Part shown: piece by piece, positions 36,483 through 46,500 of the stretch
Position numbering within the stretch: position 1 is the first letter of the stretch
Layout of the letters: every line of letters starts with the position of its first letter
NCBI GenBank assembly: GCA_018303825.1
Contig: JAGVXK010000021.1
Span: 1 to 64,000 of the forward strand
Direction: 5' to 3'
DNA: 64,000 bases
Source: Candidatus Pacearchaeota archaeon
GTDB lineage: Archaea > Nanobdellota > Nanobdellia > Pacearchaeales > GW2011-AR1
Translations under genes and position numbers: made by a program
Notes under the pieces: model-generated
What the model was told of the DNA's origin: nothing
Databases searched by the model: none
Seen by the model: only the letters and a program-made list of their open reading frames with translations

Positions 36483-38384
36483 TTAAATATCCAATTGGGC
36501 CTCATGAGACCTTTCCGCTATGAACTGTCTTCTTGGCTCAACATCATCCCCCATTAATTTTGAAAACACTTCATCTGCAAGAGCCGCATCTTCTATTGTG
36601 ACCCTGTTTAGCAATCTTCTTTTTGGGTCCATTGTTGTTTCCCACAACTGCTCAGGATTCATTTCTCCAAGTCCTTTGAATCTTTGCACATCCACATTGC
36701 TTCCCATCCTTGAAACTACTTCCTTCAATTCCTTGTCTGAATAAACATAATGGTCTCCTTTCTTTCTTATCCTGTAAAGTGGAGAAACTGCAACATATAT
36801 GTTTCCGTTTTCTATCAATTTAGGCATAAATCTGAAGAAGAAAGTCAGCAAAAGAGTTTTAATATGCGCCCCGTCTACATCGGCATCAGACATAATTATT
36901 ATTTTTGCATACCTAAGTTTCTCCTGATTAAATTGCTCTCCTACTCCGGTTCCTATCGCAGTTATTAAATTAGCGATTTCTTCGTTTGAAAAAACTTTTA
37001 CTGGCGCTACCCTTTCTACATTAAGAATTTTACCTCTTAATGGAAGTATGGCCTGAAATTCTTTATCTCTCGCCTGCTTTCCTGAGCCAGATGCACTGTC
37101 TCCCTCAACGATAAATATCTCGCTCAATTCTGTTTTGTTGCTTGAACAATCTGCTAATTTTCCTGGAAGTCCGCCAACAGAAAATGCATTTTTCCTTCTT
37201 ACAAGCTCCTTTGCTTTCTTAGCAGCATTTCTTGCTTTTTGCGCTTCAAGAGCTTTTTCAACCACCCTCTTCGCAATTGTTGGATTCTCCTCAAAAAATA
37301 TGCTGAGAGAATTCATCGTAACAGAATCAACTATTCCCTTTACTTCGGAATTTCCCAGCTTCGTCTTTGTCTGTCCTTCAAACTGCGGCTCTGGAACTTT
37401 GATGCTTATTATTGCTGTAAGTCCCTCTCGAACATCGTCTCCAGTCAATCCTTCGCCTTTTCCATTATTTTTCTTGCTATATTCATTGATAGCCCTCGTC
37501 AGGGCAGTTTTAAACCCCGCAACATGTGTTCCGCCTTCAACAGTATTAATAGTATTAACAAAACTAAGAACATTTTCCTGATAACCTGAGTTGTATTGCA
37601 CAGCACACTCAACAACCACCTTATCAACCTCTTTTATGAAATAAATAGGCTTGTGCAAAGGCTCTTTTGACTGATTGGCATGCTTTACAAACTCTACTAA
37701 TCCGCCTTCATAATGAAAAGTCTCCTTTTTTTCATTATATTCATCTTTTAGAATTATCTTCAAACCCTTATTCAAAAAGGCTATTTCCTTAAATCTAGCA
37801 GATAATATTGAAAACTCGAATTTTATTGTTGAAAAAATACTATCATCAGGCCAAAAAGTCACAATTGTCCCTGTGTCTTTTTTATCGCATTCTCCTTTTA
37901 CTTTTATATCATATAACGGCTTCCCAATTTTATAATCTTGCTGATAAATCTTCCCATTTCTTTTAACAACCACTTTCATTAGCCTAGAAAGAGCTGCCAC
38001 AACCGAAATTCCCACGCCATGCAACCCCCCAGAAACAGCATAGCTTCCCTTATCGAACTTTCCACCAGCATGCAATTTCGTAACAACTATTTCCAAAGCT
38101 GGTTTTTTGTAAACTGGGTGCATTTCAACCGGAATTCCCCTGCCATTATCTTCAACAGTTACACTGCCATCCTTATTTAGTGTAACAATTATCTCGTCAC
38201 AATAACCCCCCATCGCCTCATCTACGGAGTTGTCAACAACTTCCCAGACAAGATGATGCAATCCTGTCTTGCTTGTACTTCCTATGTACATCGCCGGACG
38301 CAGTCTCACTCCTTCCAGTCCTTCCAAAACCTTAATCTTCTCTGCGCCATACTCTTTTGAGCTTTTTTCTTTATCTGCTGCCAT
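36483..38384 (-). CDS. gyrB: DNA gyrase subunit B
   Basis: VRLRPAMYIG, EVVDNSVDE, LHAGGKF, GLHGVG, VEGDSASG, DADVDGAHI, KGLGEMNP. Confidence 0.97.
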   Translation of the reverse strand: MAADKEKSSKEYGAEKIKVLEGLEGVRLRPAMYIGSTSKTGLHHLVWEVVDNSVDEAMGGYCDEIIVTLNKDGSVTVEDNGRGIPVEMHPVYKKPALEIVVTKLHAGGKFDKGSYAVSGGLHGVGISVVAALSRLMKVVVKRNGKIYQQDYKIGKPLYDIKVKGECDKKDTGTIVTFWPDDSIFSTIKFEFSILSARFKEIAFLNKGLKIILKDEYNEKKETFHYEGGLVEFVKHANQSKEPLHKPIYFIKEVDKVVVECAVQYNSGYQENVLSFVNTINTVEGGTHVAGFKTALTRAINEYSKKNNGKGEGLTGDDVREGLTAIISIKVPEPQFEGQTKTKLGNSEVKGIVDSVTMNSLSIFFEENPTIAKRVVEKALEAQKARNAAKKAKELVRRKNAFSVGGLPGKLADCSSNKTELSEIFIVEGDSASGSGKQARDKEFQAILPLRGKILNVERVAPVKVFSNEEIANLITAIGTGVGEQFNQEKLRYAKIIIMSDADVDGAHIKTLLLTFFFRFMPKLIENGNIYVAVSPLYRIRKKGDHYVYSDKELKEVVSRMGSNVDVQRFKGLGEMNPEQLWETTMDPKRRLLNRVTIEDAALADEVFSKLMGDDVEPRRQFIAERSHEAQLDI

Positions 38385-38594
38385 TTTCCCTAATTTAAGA
38401 TAATTTACACCATGTCTTACCCGTAATTTGGTTTAAAACATGCTAAATTCCAGCTAAAAAAAGTCAACTTGCTTTATAAACCTTACTATGCCTTTTTTAC
38501 TTTTATCGTCGACAAAATGGTTTTTTGTAAAATCTTTCTGAAATTGCATAAAAAGTGGCTAAATGCTTAAAAAACCATGATGTATTGAATAATT

Positions 38595-39065
38595 ATGGAA
38601 AGTAATGGAAAAAATTTAGTGAAGATTATGGATTTTTCGGACAATAAATTATTAAAAAATATCAAGAAAAATCTTCCAAATTTGGAAAAACTGCTTGAAG
38701 AGATAAAGGACCATTGGGCAGAAGAAGACCTGATTTATAGGTACTACCACAACTCATTTAAAGTTTATAGAATCCAGTCTTTAACATCCTCTATTTTAAA
38801 AGCTTTAAATGACATTTCTCCGCATGAAGACAAAAAAATCCCTAATGAATCATACTTAAAGATAATAGCTGATGGCTCAGGAAAAGTTTGGAAGCCAGAG
38901 CATAATAGAAATTGGGATGAAATAACAAGACCTATGCTGGAAGCATTTTTCCATTCAAAATACTTCCTTGAAATGGCTATAAAATATGGAAAACAATACA
39001 AAAAAGCCCCGCAATTAATGGATTCTGGCTGGGCAGCACTATTGGAATTGTATAATATCAGGTAA
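38595..39065 (+). CDS. Hypothetical protein
   Basis: 156-aa ORF with helical, natural-looking composition. Confidence 0.65.
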   Translation: MESNGKNLVKIMDFSDNKLLKNIKKNLPNLEKLLEEIKDHWAEEDLIYRYYHNSFKVYRIQSLTSSILKALNDISPHEDKKIPNESYLKIIADGSGKVWKPEHNRNWDEITRPMLEAFFHSKYFLEMAIKYGKQYKKAPQLMDSGWAALLELYNIR

Positions 39066-39107
39066 AATTTGAACAATTAAGATAAATTATATAAAAATTA
39101 AAAAAGA

Positions 39108-39314
39108 TTAAATTGAATATTCAGGTTCTTTTCTTTCACGCAATTTGTCAGAAATATCAATTGGATGATCAAGCAATTTCCATCTTCCAGTTATAGTCCT
39201 GGGCTCGGGACTTAAGGCTTCCTGAGATCTCATTAGAACAGTACGCATATACTTTGCGTGTCTTGCCATTCTTTCATTTAATAGTTTTGGGGTATATGAT
39301 TTATTAAAATCCAT
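39108..39314 (-). CDS. Hypothetical protein (68 aa)
   Basis: ORF downstream of rpl24e with a TATA-like sequence upstream. Confidence 0.4.
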   Translation of the reverse strand: MDFNKSYTPKLLNERMARHAKYMRTVLMRSQEALSPEPRTITGRWKLLDHPIDISDKLRERKEPEYSI

Positions 39315-39376
39315 TAAGAATTAAAGGTATTGCGATTTTTAAATATTTGTATAATATCAAAATACTGATTATTTGA

Positions 39377-39700
39377 TTATTTCTTGGCTTCTTTGGCCTT
39401 TTTGTCAGTTCTGGCTTCTTTAAACGCCTTCCTTACTATTGCTTTTTCATCAGCTACTTTCTTTGCTTCTTTGGCATCCTCAACTTTCTTTGCTTCGTGA
39501 GCTATTTCTCTTGCAGCATTTGATTTCAAAGAATCTTTATATGTCAATGTCCATTTCAACTTTCGTTTATCTCTTCCCAACTTTAAAGAATTTTTTCTGC
39601 ATTTACTTGAGCAGTAAAAATCAACTGTGCCATCATTCTTGATTAAATGAACACCAGTATAATCTGGTTCTTCTCTTCCGCAAAATACGCATTTTGTCAT
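39377..39700 (-). CDS. rpl24e: 50S ribosomal protein L24e
   Basis: KCVFCG...DGTVDFYCSSKC...RKLKWT. Confidence 0.95.
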   Translation of the reverse strand: MTKCVFCGREEPDYTGVHLIKNDGTVDFYCSSKCRKNSLKLGRDKRKLKWTLTYKDSLKSNAAREIAHEAKKVEDAKEAKKVADEKAIVRKAFKEARTDKKAKEAKK

Positions 39701-40056
39701 CTTCTCGCTTCCCAGGAGAGGACTCCAAGGTTATCATAATAGTCTACAATTACAAGTCTTCTGCAATTAGGGTCAACAGACTCCATAGCTATTCGAGAAT
39801 TGTCAAGAACGTCTGGATGCTCTTTGGAAGCACCAACTATTAAATAACCTTTATGCCCATATGCATGTATAAATCCTACACCTGAAAATGGATTAGTTGT
39901 TCTTAAAAAGATACGAAAATCCTCTTTAATTTTAAAATACTTTTCTGTTAGTTGTTCAAATTCCACCCCAGAAATAAAACCCTCAGCAATTTTTCCCGAT
40001 AGACCGCTTATTCTCAAAGAAGAAGCACTGTCTTGGGTTTTCTGTGTATCATTCAT
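39697..40056 (-). CDS. Hypothetical protein inserted between rps28e and rpl24e
   Basis: 119-aa ORF coupled to both neighbours. Confidence 0.55.
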   Translation of the reverse strand: MNDTQKTQDSASSLRISGLSGKIAEGFISGVEFEQLTEKYFKIKEDFRIFLRTTNPFSGVGFIHAYGHKGYLIVGASKEHPDVLDNSRIAMESVDPNCRRLVIVDYYDNLGVLSWEARR

Positions 40057-40057
40057 C

Positions 40058-40363
40058 TTATCTAGACCTCGACCCTGCTACAGTCCTTGTATTCGAACCT
40101 TTAATTCTTCTGGCTTCTATTTCTGTTTCTCTTAGTGTGACCAAATCTCCAACCTTAACAGGTCCTTTAATATTTCTTCTCATTGTTCTTCCTTTGTTTC
40201 TTCCATCAAGAACCTTGACCTTTGCTTGTGTAACTTCTCCTCTGGCTCCTGTTCTTCCTATAAATTCTTCTACCAAGCCATTAACAACCTCTGTAGAAAA
40301 AGTCATTCTTGTGCTTGGTCCAGTTTCTTGTGTTTTATCCCTTATTCTTTGTTCTTTAGCCAT
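40058..40363 (-). CDS. rps28e: 30S ribosomal protein S28e
   Basis: [18 protein letters not shown]...[24 protein letters not shown]. Confidence 0.95.
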   Translation of the reverse strand: MAKEQRIRDKTQETGPSTRMTFSTEVVNGLVEEFIGRTGARGEVTQAKVKVLDGRNKGRTMRRNIKGPVKVGDLVTLRETEIEARRIKGSNTRTVAGSRSR

Positions 40364-40380
40364 GTTTTACCTTAAATATT

Positions 40381-40689
40381 TCACTTAGTTTTCTTCAAAG
40401 CAGCTATTTCTTTATCCGTCTCGCCCGCATTAACTACTGCGACAGCGCTCGCCCCAACTTTTATTCCAGCCGCAATTCCAAGTTTTTGTTTAGAATCAAC
40501 TTCTTGACAAGGTATTCCTTTCTCTTTCGCAATAACAGATAAATGAGCAACAATTTCTTTCGGGAAAACATCAGCAGCATATACAACTAGCTTGGCTACT
40601 CCCAGCTCGATAGCTTTTGTCGCTTCGTTTATTCCTTTGTCGATTTTTCCTGTTTTTCTTGCTCTTTCAATAATTGAATAGAAGTCCAT
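40381..40689 (-). CDS. rpl7ae: 50S ribosomal protein L7Ae
   Basis: GKIDKGINEATKAIELG.AKLVVYAADVFPKEIVAHL...LGIAAGI. Confidence 0.95.
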   Translation of the reverse strand: MDFYSIIERARKTGKIDKGINEATKAIELGVAKLVVYAADVFPKEIVAHLSVIAKEKGIPCQEVDSKQKLGIAAGIKVGASAVAVVNAGETDKEIAALKKTK

Positions 40690-40772
40690 TTTAGACCTCC
40701 GTAATCCGATGAATTACTTCATGGGTTAATTATACTTTAAAAAGTAGGTTTATAAATCTTTTTGTAGAAAAT

Positions 40773-41759
40773 TTATTTCCAACTAACATCAACTTGGTCA
40801 GTTCTTTCCCTTGGCTTTATATCGACTTTATCAAAATCAAGAGCAATCTTCCTATCTGCATTATACATTAATTCTCCGGTATACGCAATCATTCCAGCAT
40901 TGTCCGTTAATAAACTTCTTTCAGGACAATAAAACTTGCAATCTCTTTCTTTGCACATTATTCTGCACATTTCCTGAAGCCTAGAATTGCAGGCAACCCC
41001 CCCACCTAGAACAAGCTCTTTCTTTCCAGTATGAGCCAAAGCTCTTTCAGCTGCCTCAACAAGCATTGCAAATGCTGTCTCCTGAAGGGAAAAAGACAAA
41101 TCTTCTTTAGCTTTTTCTTTATCCTGTGCTTTACCATATAATTGCTGTAATTTTGTCTGCATTCCTGAAAAGGAAACATCCATTCCCTTTATTGAGTAAG
41201 GCAACTCAATATATTTTCCATTCTTCGCAAGTTGTTCTATCTTTGGCCCTCCGGGAAAACCAATTCCCATATGTCTTGCCACTTTATCAATAAAATTGCC
41301 AACTCCTAAATCCAAAGTTTCTCCAAAAACCCTATACTTTCCAGAAGCATATGCAATTATCTGTGTGTTAGCACCAGAGGCATAAAGTAGAACAGGGTCT
41401 TTTGCCCCAATTGACTGCCCTATTTCAAGATGAGCAATGCAATGATTTACCGGAACTATCTTGATACCCAATTCTTTTGCTTTCTTTTTTGCAAATTCCA
41501 ATCCTGCAAGCAAACAAGGAGCCAATCCGGGAGCATTTGAAAAAGCAATTGCATCTATATCTTTCTCCTTAATTCCAGATTCTTGCAATGCCCTTCCATA
41601 CAATATGTCTGCAATCTCTCTGTGATGTTTCGCGCTTTCTGTAGGAATTATTCCTCCTTCTTTTGGGACAAACATATCTTTAATATTAATAATTATTTTT
41701 CCCTTTTCTACAAGAGCAATTCCAAACGTATGTGCCGTTGATTCAATTCCCAAAATCAT
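40773..41759 (-). CDS. kae1: tRNA N6-threonylcarbamoyltransferase Kae1/TsaD
   Basis: ILGIESTAHT, VNHCIAHLE, GETLDLGVGNFID, DNAGMIA. Confidence 0.95.
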   Translation of the reverse strand: MILGIESTAHTFGIALVEKGKIIINIKDMFVPKEGGIIPTESAKHHREIADILYGRALQESGIKEKDIDAIAFSNAPGLAPCLLAGLEFAKKKAKELGIKIVPVNHCIAHLEIGQSIGAKDPVLLYASGANTQIIAYASGKYRVFGETLDLGVGNFIDKVARHMGIGFPGGPKIEQLAKNGKYIELPYSIKGMDVSFSGMQTKLQQLYGKAQDKEKAKEDLSFSLQETAFAMLVEAAERALAHTGKKELVLGGGVACNSRLQEMCRIMCKERDCKFYCPERSLLTDNAGMIAYTGELMYNADRKIALDFDKVDIKPRERTDQVDVSWK

Positions 41760-41802
41760 AGATATAAATCAATAACAGGATATAAAAATTAATCGTTCGG
41801 GT

Positions 41803-42537
41803 TTAAAGCCCACTTGAATCAAGGCTTTCTGCTTGTTCTTTTGTCAGATGAAGACCGCATTCTTTGTTCTGCTCCCTGCCTTTAAAAATATCAAAATAAT
41901 GTCTATTAATTGGAAGATTATTTCTTCTAACATAATCAAGAACTTCATTTTCAGTCCAGTAAAATATGGGATGGATTTTGTAGATGCCATCTTCCCTTCT
42001 GGAAAGAATATTGTTTTCTTTCCTTTTCCCAGTCTCCCAGCTCATAATTCCGGAAAACCAGGCTAGGACATTCAATTCCTTTAATGCCCTCTCAAGAGGT
42101 TCAATCTTATAATCATATTTATATTCTTTAGCCAATCTCTTTAATTCCAAATTATCTTCGTTATTTATTGCACTATCAATATCAGCTATTGGTCTTCTTG
42201 GAGCAAGAGAATCAAATTGGTGGAAATTCAAATGGTACCTCCTTCTCAAAGATAAAACAAATTCAGCATTTCCATTTGAAAATTCATCAATATATGGATG
42301 TTTGACATAAATAACTGAAATATCTGGCATAACTCTTGTTACGATATTTATCATGACTGCTGAGTATTTTCCAAAGCTGGATGTCATTACCAATCCTGTT
42401 GGAAATCTTCCGTTTGCCCATTTTACAATATAATCTGCATTCATATCCCTCAAAAACCCATTTTTCTTATCGATATCAACTAAATTCATCAAATATGCTG
42501 TGGAAAAGCGTTTATAAACTCTGTTTACTACTTGCAT
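41803..42537 (-). CDS. PAPS/APS reductase family protein (CysH-like)
   Basis: TSSFGKYSAV, AWFSGIMSWET, KIHPIFYWT, C-terminal ECGLH. Confidence 0.8.
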   Translation of the reverse strand: MQVVNRVYKRFSTAYLMNLVDIDKKNGFLRDMNADYIVKWANGRFPTGLVMTSSFGKYSAVMINIVTRVMPDISVIYVKHPYIDEFSNGNAEFVLSLRRRYHLNFHQFDSLAPRRPIADIDSAINNEDNLELKRLAKEYKYDYKIEPLERALKELNVLAWFSGIMSWETGKRKENNILSRREDGIYKIHPIFYWTENEVLDYVRRNNLPINRHYFDIFKGREQNKECGLHLTKEQAESLDSSGL

Positions 42538-42552
42538 AGATAGTATTTATGA

Positions 42553-42795
42553 CTAATTCAACTCTGCAAAAAAGAAATTTCTTACTCTTCTCATAGGAGT
42601 CGATTCTACGGTTGCAAGAACATCATCTATATAATTTAAACTTGCGGTTCCGGCATGAACGCCTTTTAACATACTAGAAACACCTTCTTTCAGGCAAAAA
42701 AAGTAATCATCCTTTATCCTTCCAGCATCCACTTCCGGATGCCTGTCTCTGAGCTGAATTATCTTCCCTGCATGATAAGATTTGAGCAATACCAT
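42553..42795 (-). CDS. Hypothetical protein
   Basis: 80-aa ORF. Confidence 0.45.
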   Translation of the reverse strand: MVLLKSYHAGKIIQLRDRHPEVDAGRIKDDYFFCLKEGVSSMLKGVHAGTASLNYIDDVLATVESTPMRRVRNFFFAELN

Positions 42796-42904
42796 ACAAG
42801 AGCCCAGAATCGATGGCTTAAATACCTAACCATGAAGAGCAGAGAAAAATTATAAAAATAAAAAAGGAAAAAAGATGGATCGAAAATTGAAAAAATACGA
42901 TTAT

Positions 42905-43027
42905 TTATTTCTTCTTCTTTCTTCCGCCTCTTGCCATTCTAGCCTCGCATACATTTCCTTTACCATCTACATAGTAAAGATAACCTGGCTTTCTTTTGAC
43001 GACGTTCTTAACCAATATTGTTCCCAT
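42905..43027 (-). CDS. 40-aa basic protein, putative nucleic-acid-binding
   Basis: Hand translation MGTILVKNVVKRKPGYLYYVDGKGNVCEARMARGGRKKKK; SD ggagg and a TATA-like box upstream. Confidence 0.7.
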   Translation of the reverse strand: MGTILVKNVVKRKPGYLYYVDGKGNVCEARMARGGRKKKK

Positions 43028-43147
43028 TTTTTAACCTCCTTTTGCTTTATATATCAAACGTATTATGTAAATACTATTCGTATTTAAACCTTTTTATTCT
43101 TCCGACGATAAAATGTCTTCTCTAAATAATGGCACTCAATTTTTAGA

Positions 43148-43477
43148 TTATTTTAATAAATTATTTATTAATTCCCTGTTTTTTTTGTTAATAGGAATTT
43201 CAATTAGTTTCCTAAACTTTATTTTGGGTGCAACTGATGGAGAAAATGGCTTGACAATTTTCTCTTCAATTACTTTATTTTCCGCATCAAGCCAAACTGC
43301 AAGAAAAGAAAAAAATACAAAATAAGAATGAATAAACATCATAGTATCCCTTGGAAATTCAAACAGCAGATTATCCGAATTCCTTGATTTAAACATTAAA
43401 CCGGTGAACTTGCCAAAATTAGACAATCTTCTGGCGCTTACTTTGATTTTACCCCTTCTTTTAATATTGATTATCAT
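43148..43477 (-). CDS. DUF192 family protein
   Basis: KFTGLMF...LLFEF...IHSYFVFF...AVWLDAENKVI...LIEIP. Confidence 0.8.
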   Translation of the reverse strand: MIINIKRRGKIKVSARRLSNFGKFTGLMFKSRNSDNLLFEFPRDTMMFIHSYFVFFSFLAVWLDAENKVIEEKIVKPFSPSVAPKIKFRKLIEIPINKKNRELINNLLK

Positions 43478-43525
43478 CTTTTCATTTATGAACCTTGCTT
43501 TTCTTATACTTTCTAAATATAATTA

Positions 43526-46500
43526 TCACTTCGAATGAGGTTTATCATGGCTATGAGATTCATGATAGACATGATGCCTCTTTAATTCATGATAATATCT
43601 CATTATTTCATGGTATATTTTATGCTTCTTTTTTTCTTCAAGGGTTTCATAAATCTCCTTTATTTTATGATAAATCAACCTGGCAAGATGCAAATTCTTT
43701 TCTTTAATCGCTTTTTCTCCTTTCTTGATTAGTCTTCTTATCTGCTCCAATTTATCCTTTCTCCTCTTCCACAACCAGAACAATATTAAGTCTAAGATTA
43801 TCAAAAATATGATTAACCACCATAATATTTTGTTGGCAAAAGATATCGTTTCGTTATTAGTACATTGTCTGCAGCTTCCACCGCAATCTATTCCAGTTTC
43901 ATCCCCGTCTAGAATACCATTGTAACAAGATGGACAATAACCCTCTCCTTGCACAAATTGTATGTTTAATCTTCCTGATTTCTTCCACTCTTCAATATTT
44001 ATATTAGTTACCGGAAGTCCGCTCAATCTGTCTATTGCTATCAAGGTTATCTTTCCGCAGACTTCTCTCTGGACAAAATCAATCTTCTGAGTTGACCCGC
44101 AAAGCATAGTATCTGTATAATTAGCTATGCAATTATTTTTATCATAGCATATCCTTTCATTCTGCCCTGATTTCCTTATCTCTCCATTAAATATGTCCTC
44201 TACTAAATTTTCACTAACACAACCGCTCCAGATTCCGCAAACTATCTCTGATGTGCAGTTCAAATTGCAAGATTGGCTCTCTGTTTTTCTCGCATCGCAG
44301 TTATTTCTGCACACTCTTGTCTTATTTCCATTTGTGCATGAAATTGTATCCCATTTGGGACAATTCCATCCTGTTGAAATACATCCTCCACCTCCTCCGC
44401 CTCCACCTCCTCCGCTGCTTACTGGAGCTGCAATTTCAAAGCTGCTGAAAACAGAGTCATTTCTGTTTCCTATTGTGTCATTGCAATATGCCCTTAATGT
44501 ATATGTGTCATTTAAAGCCCCGGTTTTGCTATAATTAAATACCAATCCATTTCCATCAAAACCGCTGGCATTCGCCATTGTCAAATTCGTAAGTCCGCTG
44601 TCTAGGGAGAAGATACAATAACCTCTCTCATTCAGCGTTATATTAACTAGATAACTATTAGTGGCATATACTTCCCCGTTTACAGGACTTCCTATTGATA
44701 CTTGGGGAGGCGTGCCATCAACACTAAACACAATGGATTCTGTTCTGTTCCAGTTTCCAGAAGTATCATTTGCATAAACTCTAAAAGTATAGCTACCATC
44801 TACAATTGAATTATTTGTTGCATTAAATTTCTCTCCAAACAAGACTGATTCGTTTCCAGTCATGCTGATGTTTGTAGCTCCATTATTTAAGCTATATAAA
44901 ACTGAGCCATTTTCATTCAATGTCACATTAAACATTAATCCAGAAGTTACCTCAGCATTATTGTATGTTTTATTCGTTGGATTTATGATTGTAACCAATG
45001 GAGCAATTATATCTGCATTTATTGAAATTGTCCTTGTTTCTGTGCAATTTGCATTTCCAGAAGTATCGGAAGCGCATGCTTGATATGTATAAACACCGTT
45101 ATCCAATCCTGCAGTGCTGTTCTTGCTTTGATTTATATACAAATACCATTGAGTTGAATTGTACTTTTGTAAATTACTCATATACAGTTCACTAATCTCT
45201 CCAGCAGTCAAAGACCTGTTCCATATTCTCAATTCATCTATTGAGCCGTTTAAGCCAAATGAATTATCAAATCCATCCCTAAATAAGTTTAATGCGATTC
45301 CAGAATCGTCCGAAACACTGCCACTTCCAATGTCCTGGGTTGAATAAGCTACTTCATTGCCATTCAAATACAAACGAATTTTGTTGTCAGTATTACTCCA
45401 CATATAAGCTATATGGTTCCAAGTATTATTTGAATAAGTAGTAGTGCTCTGGCTGACAGCCCAACCGCCTAGTGTTGATCTATAAAATCTTGCATATAAA
45501 GTATTATTTGGAGTAAGAAAAATCAGGTAACCGGCGGTGTTGTCTGAATTTCTTTTGACTATAAATGGTCCATTCAAGCTAGAACTCTTAATATATGCCC
45601 AAGCAGATATAGTAATTCCTGTTTTCCCATTAGCATCAATAGCCGAAGAACTAGTTATATTGACGTAATCATTCACCCCATCAAATCGCAATGAGCTTCC
45701 GTACTTTCCAGATACATTATAAATCCCTCCACCGATAATTGTTCCATTATTTGAATATCTGCTTAAATCAACAACTTTAGTATCATTATCTCCCAAACTG
45801 CTTATATTATCAAAATTGTACATCAAGACAAGAGATAAATTATCATATATGTTATAGTTTGTTCCGTTCCAATTAAATGTCAGATTAGCAAGATTCTGCT
45901 CAAAGGTAGAAACGTTAATTGTTATGCTGGTACTTGTAGTTACTGTCCCGTTTGCTGGTGTTGGGGCTGTGAAGTTAATCAATGGGTTTGTTGTATCTGC
46001 ACCGGCATCTAAAACAGAATAATTACTCCAACTGCTAACATTAAATACAATTGTTCCGGCATTCAATGATGTAAAATTCGAGCACGTTGGAACCGTTGTC
46101 TCATCGCATTGACTTATCCCATTAACATAAATCTTTGGATTAACCATTGTTGTCGGTAATCCATAAAGAACAACATTTGCACTTGTATTCAACACTGTAT
46201 TGGTCGAATCAACAAAAGCAGAATTATTTCTTATCGACACATTGCTTCCCAAAATTCCAGAGATAGTTGATATATCTAATGCATTAATCCAACCTATCTG
46301 TCCATTACTGGAATTCATAATTTTCAATTTCATAGTATTAAGATAATTGTTGCTTGTTTCAGTTAAAGCAGTTGAATAATTGAAAAGTAATATTCCGACA
46401 TCGCCAGAAGTTCCTCCAGTTCCCCCGTTAAGATTTACAGTTATATTTGTAACATTAAGCAAGCCATTATTCCAAAGATTTACCATTCCACCTACGCCTC

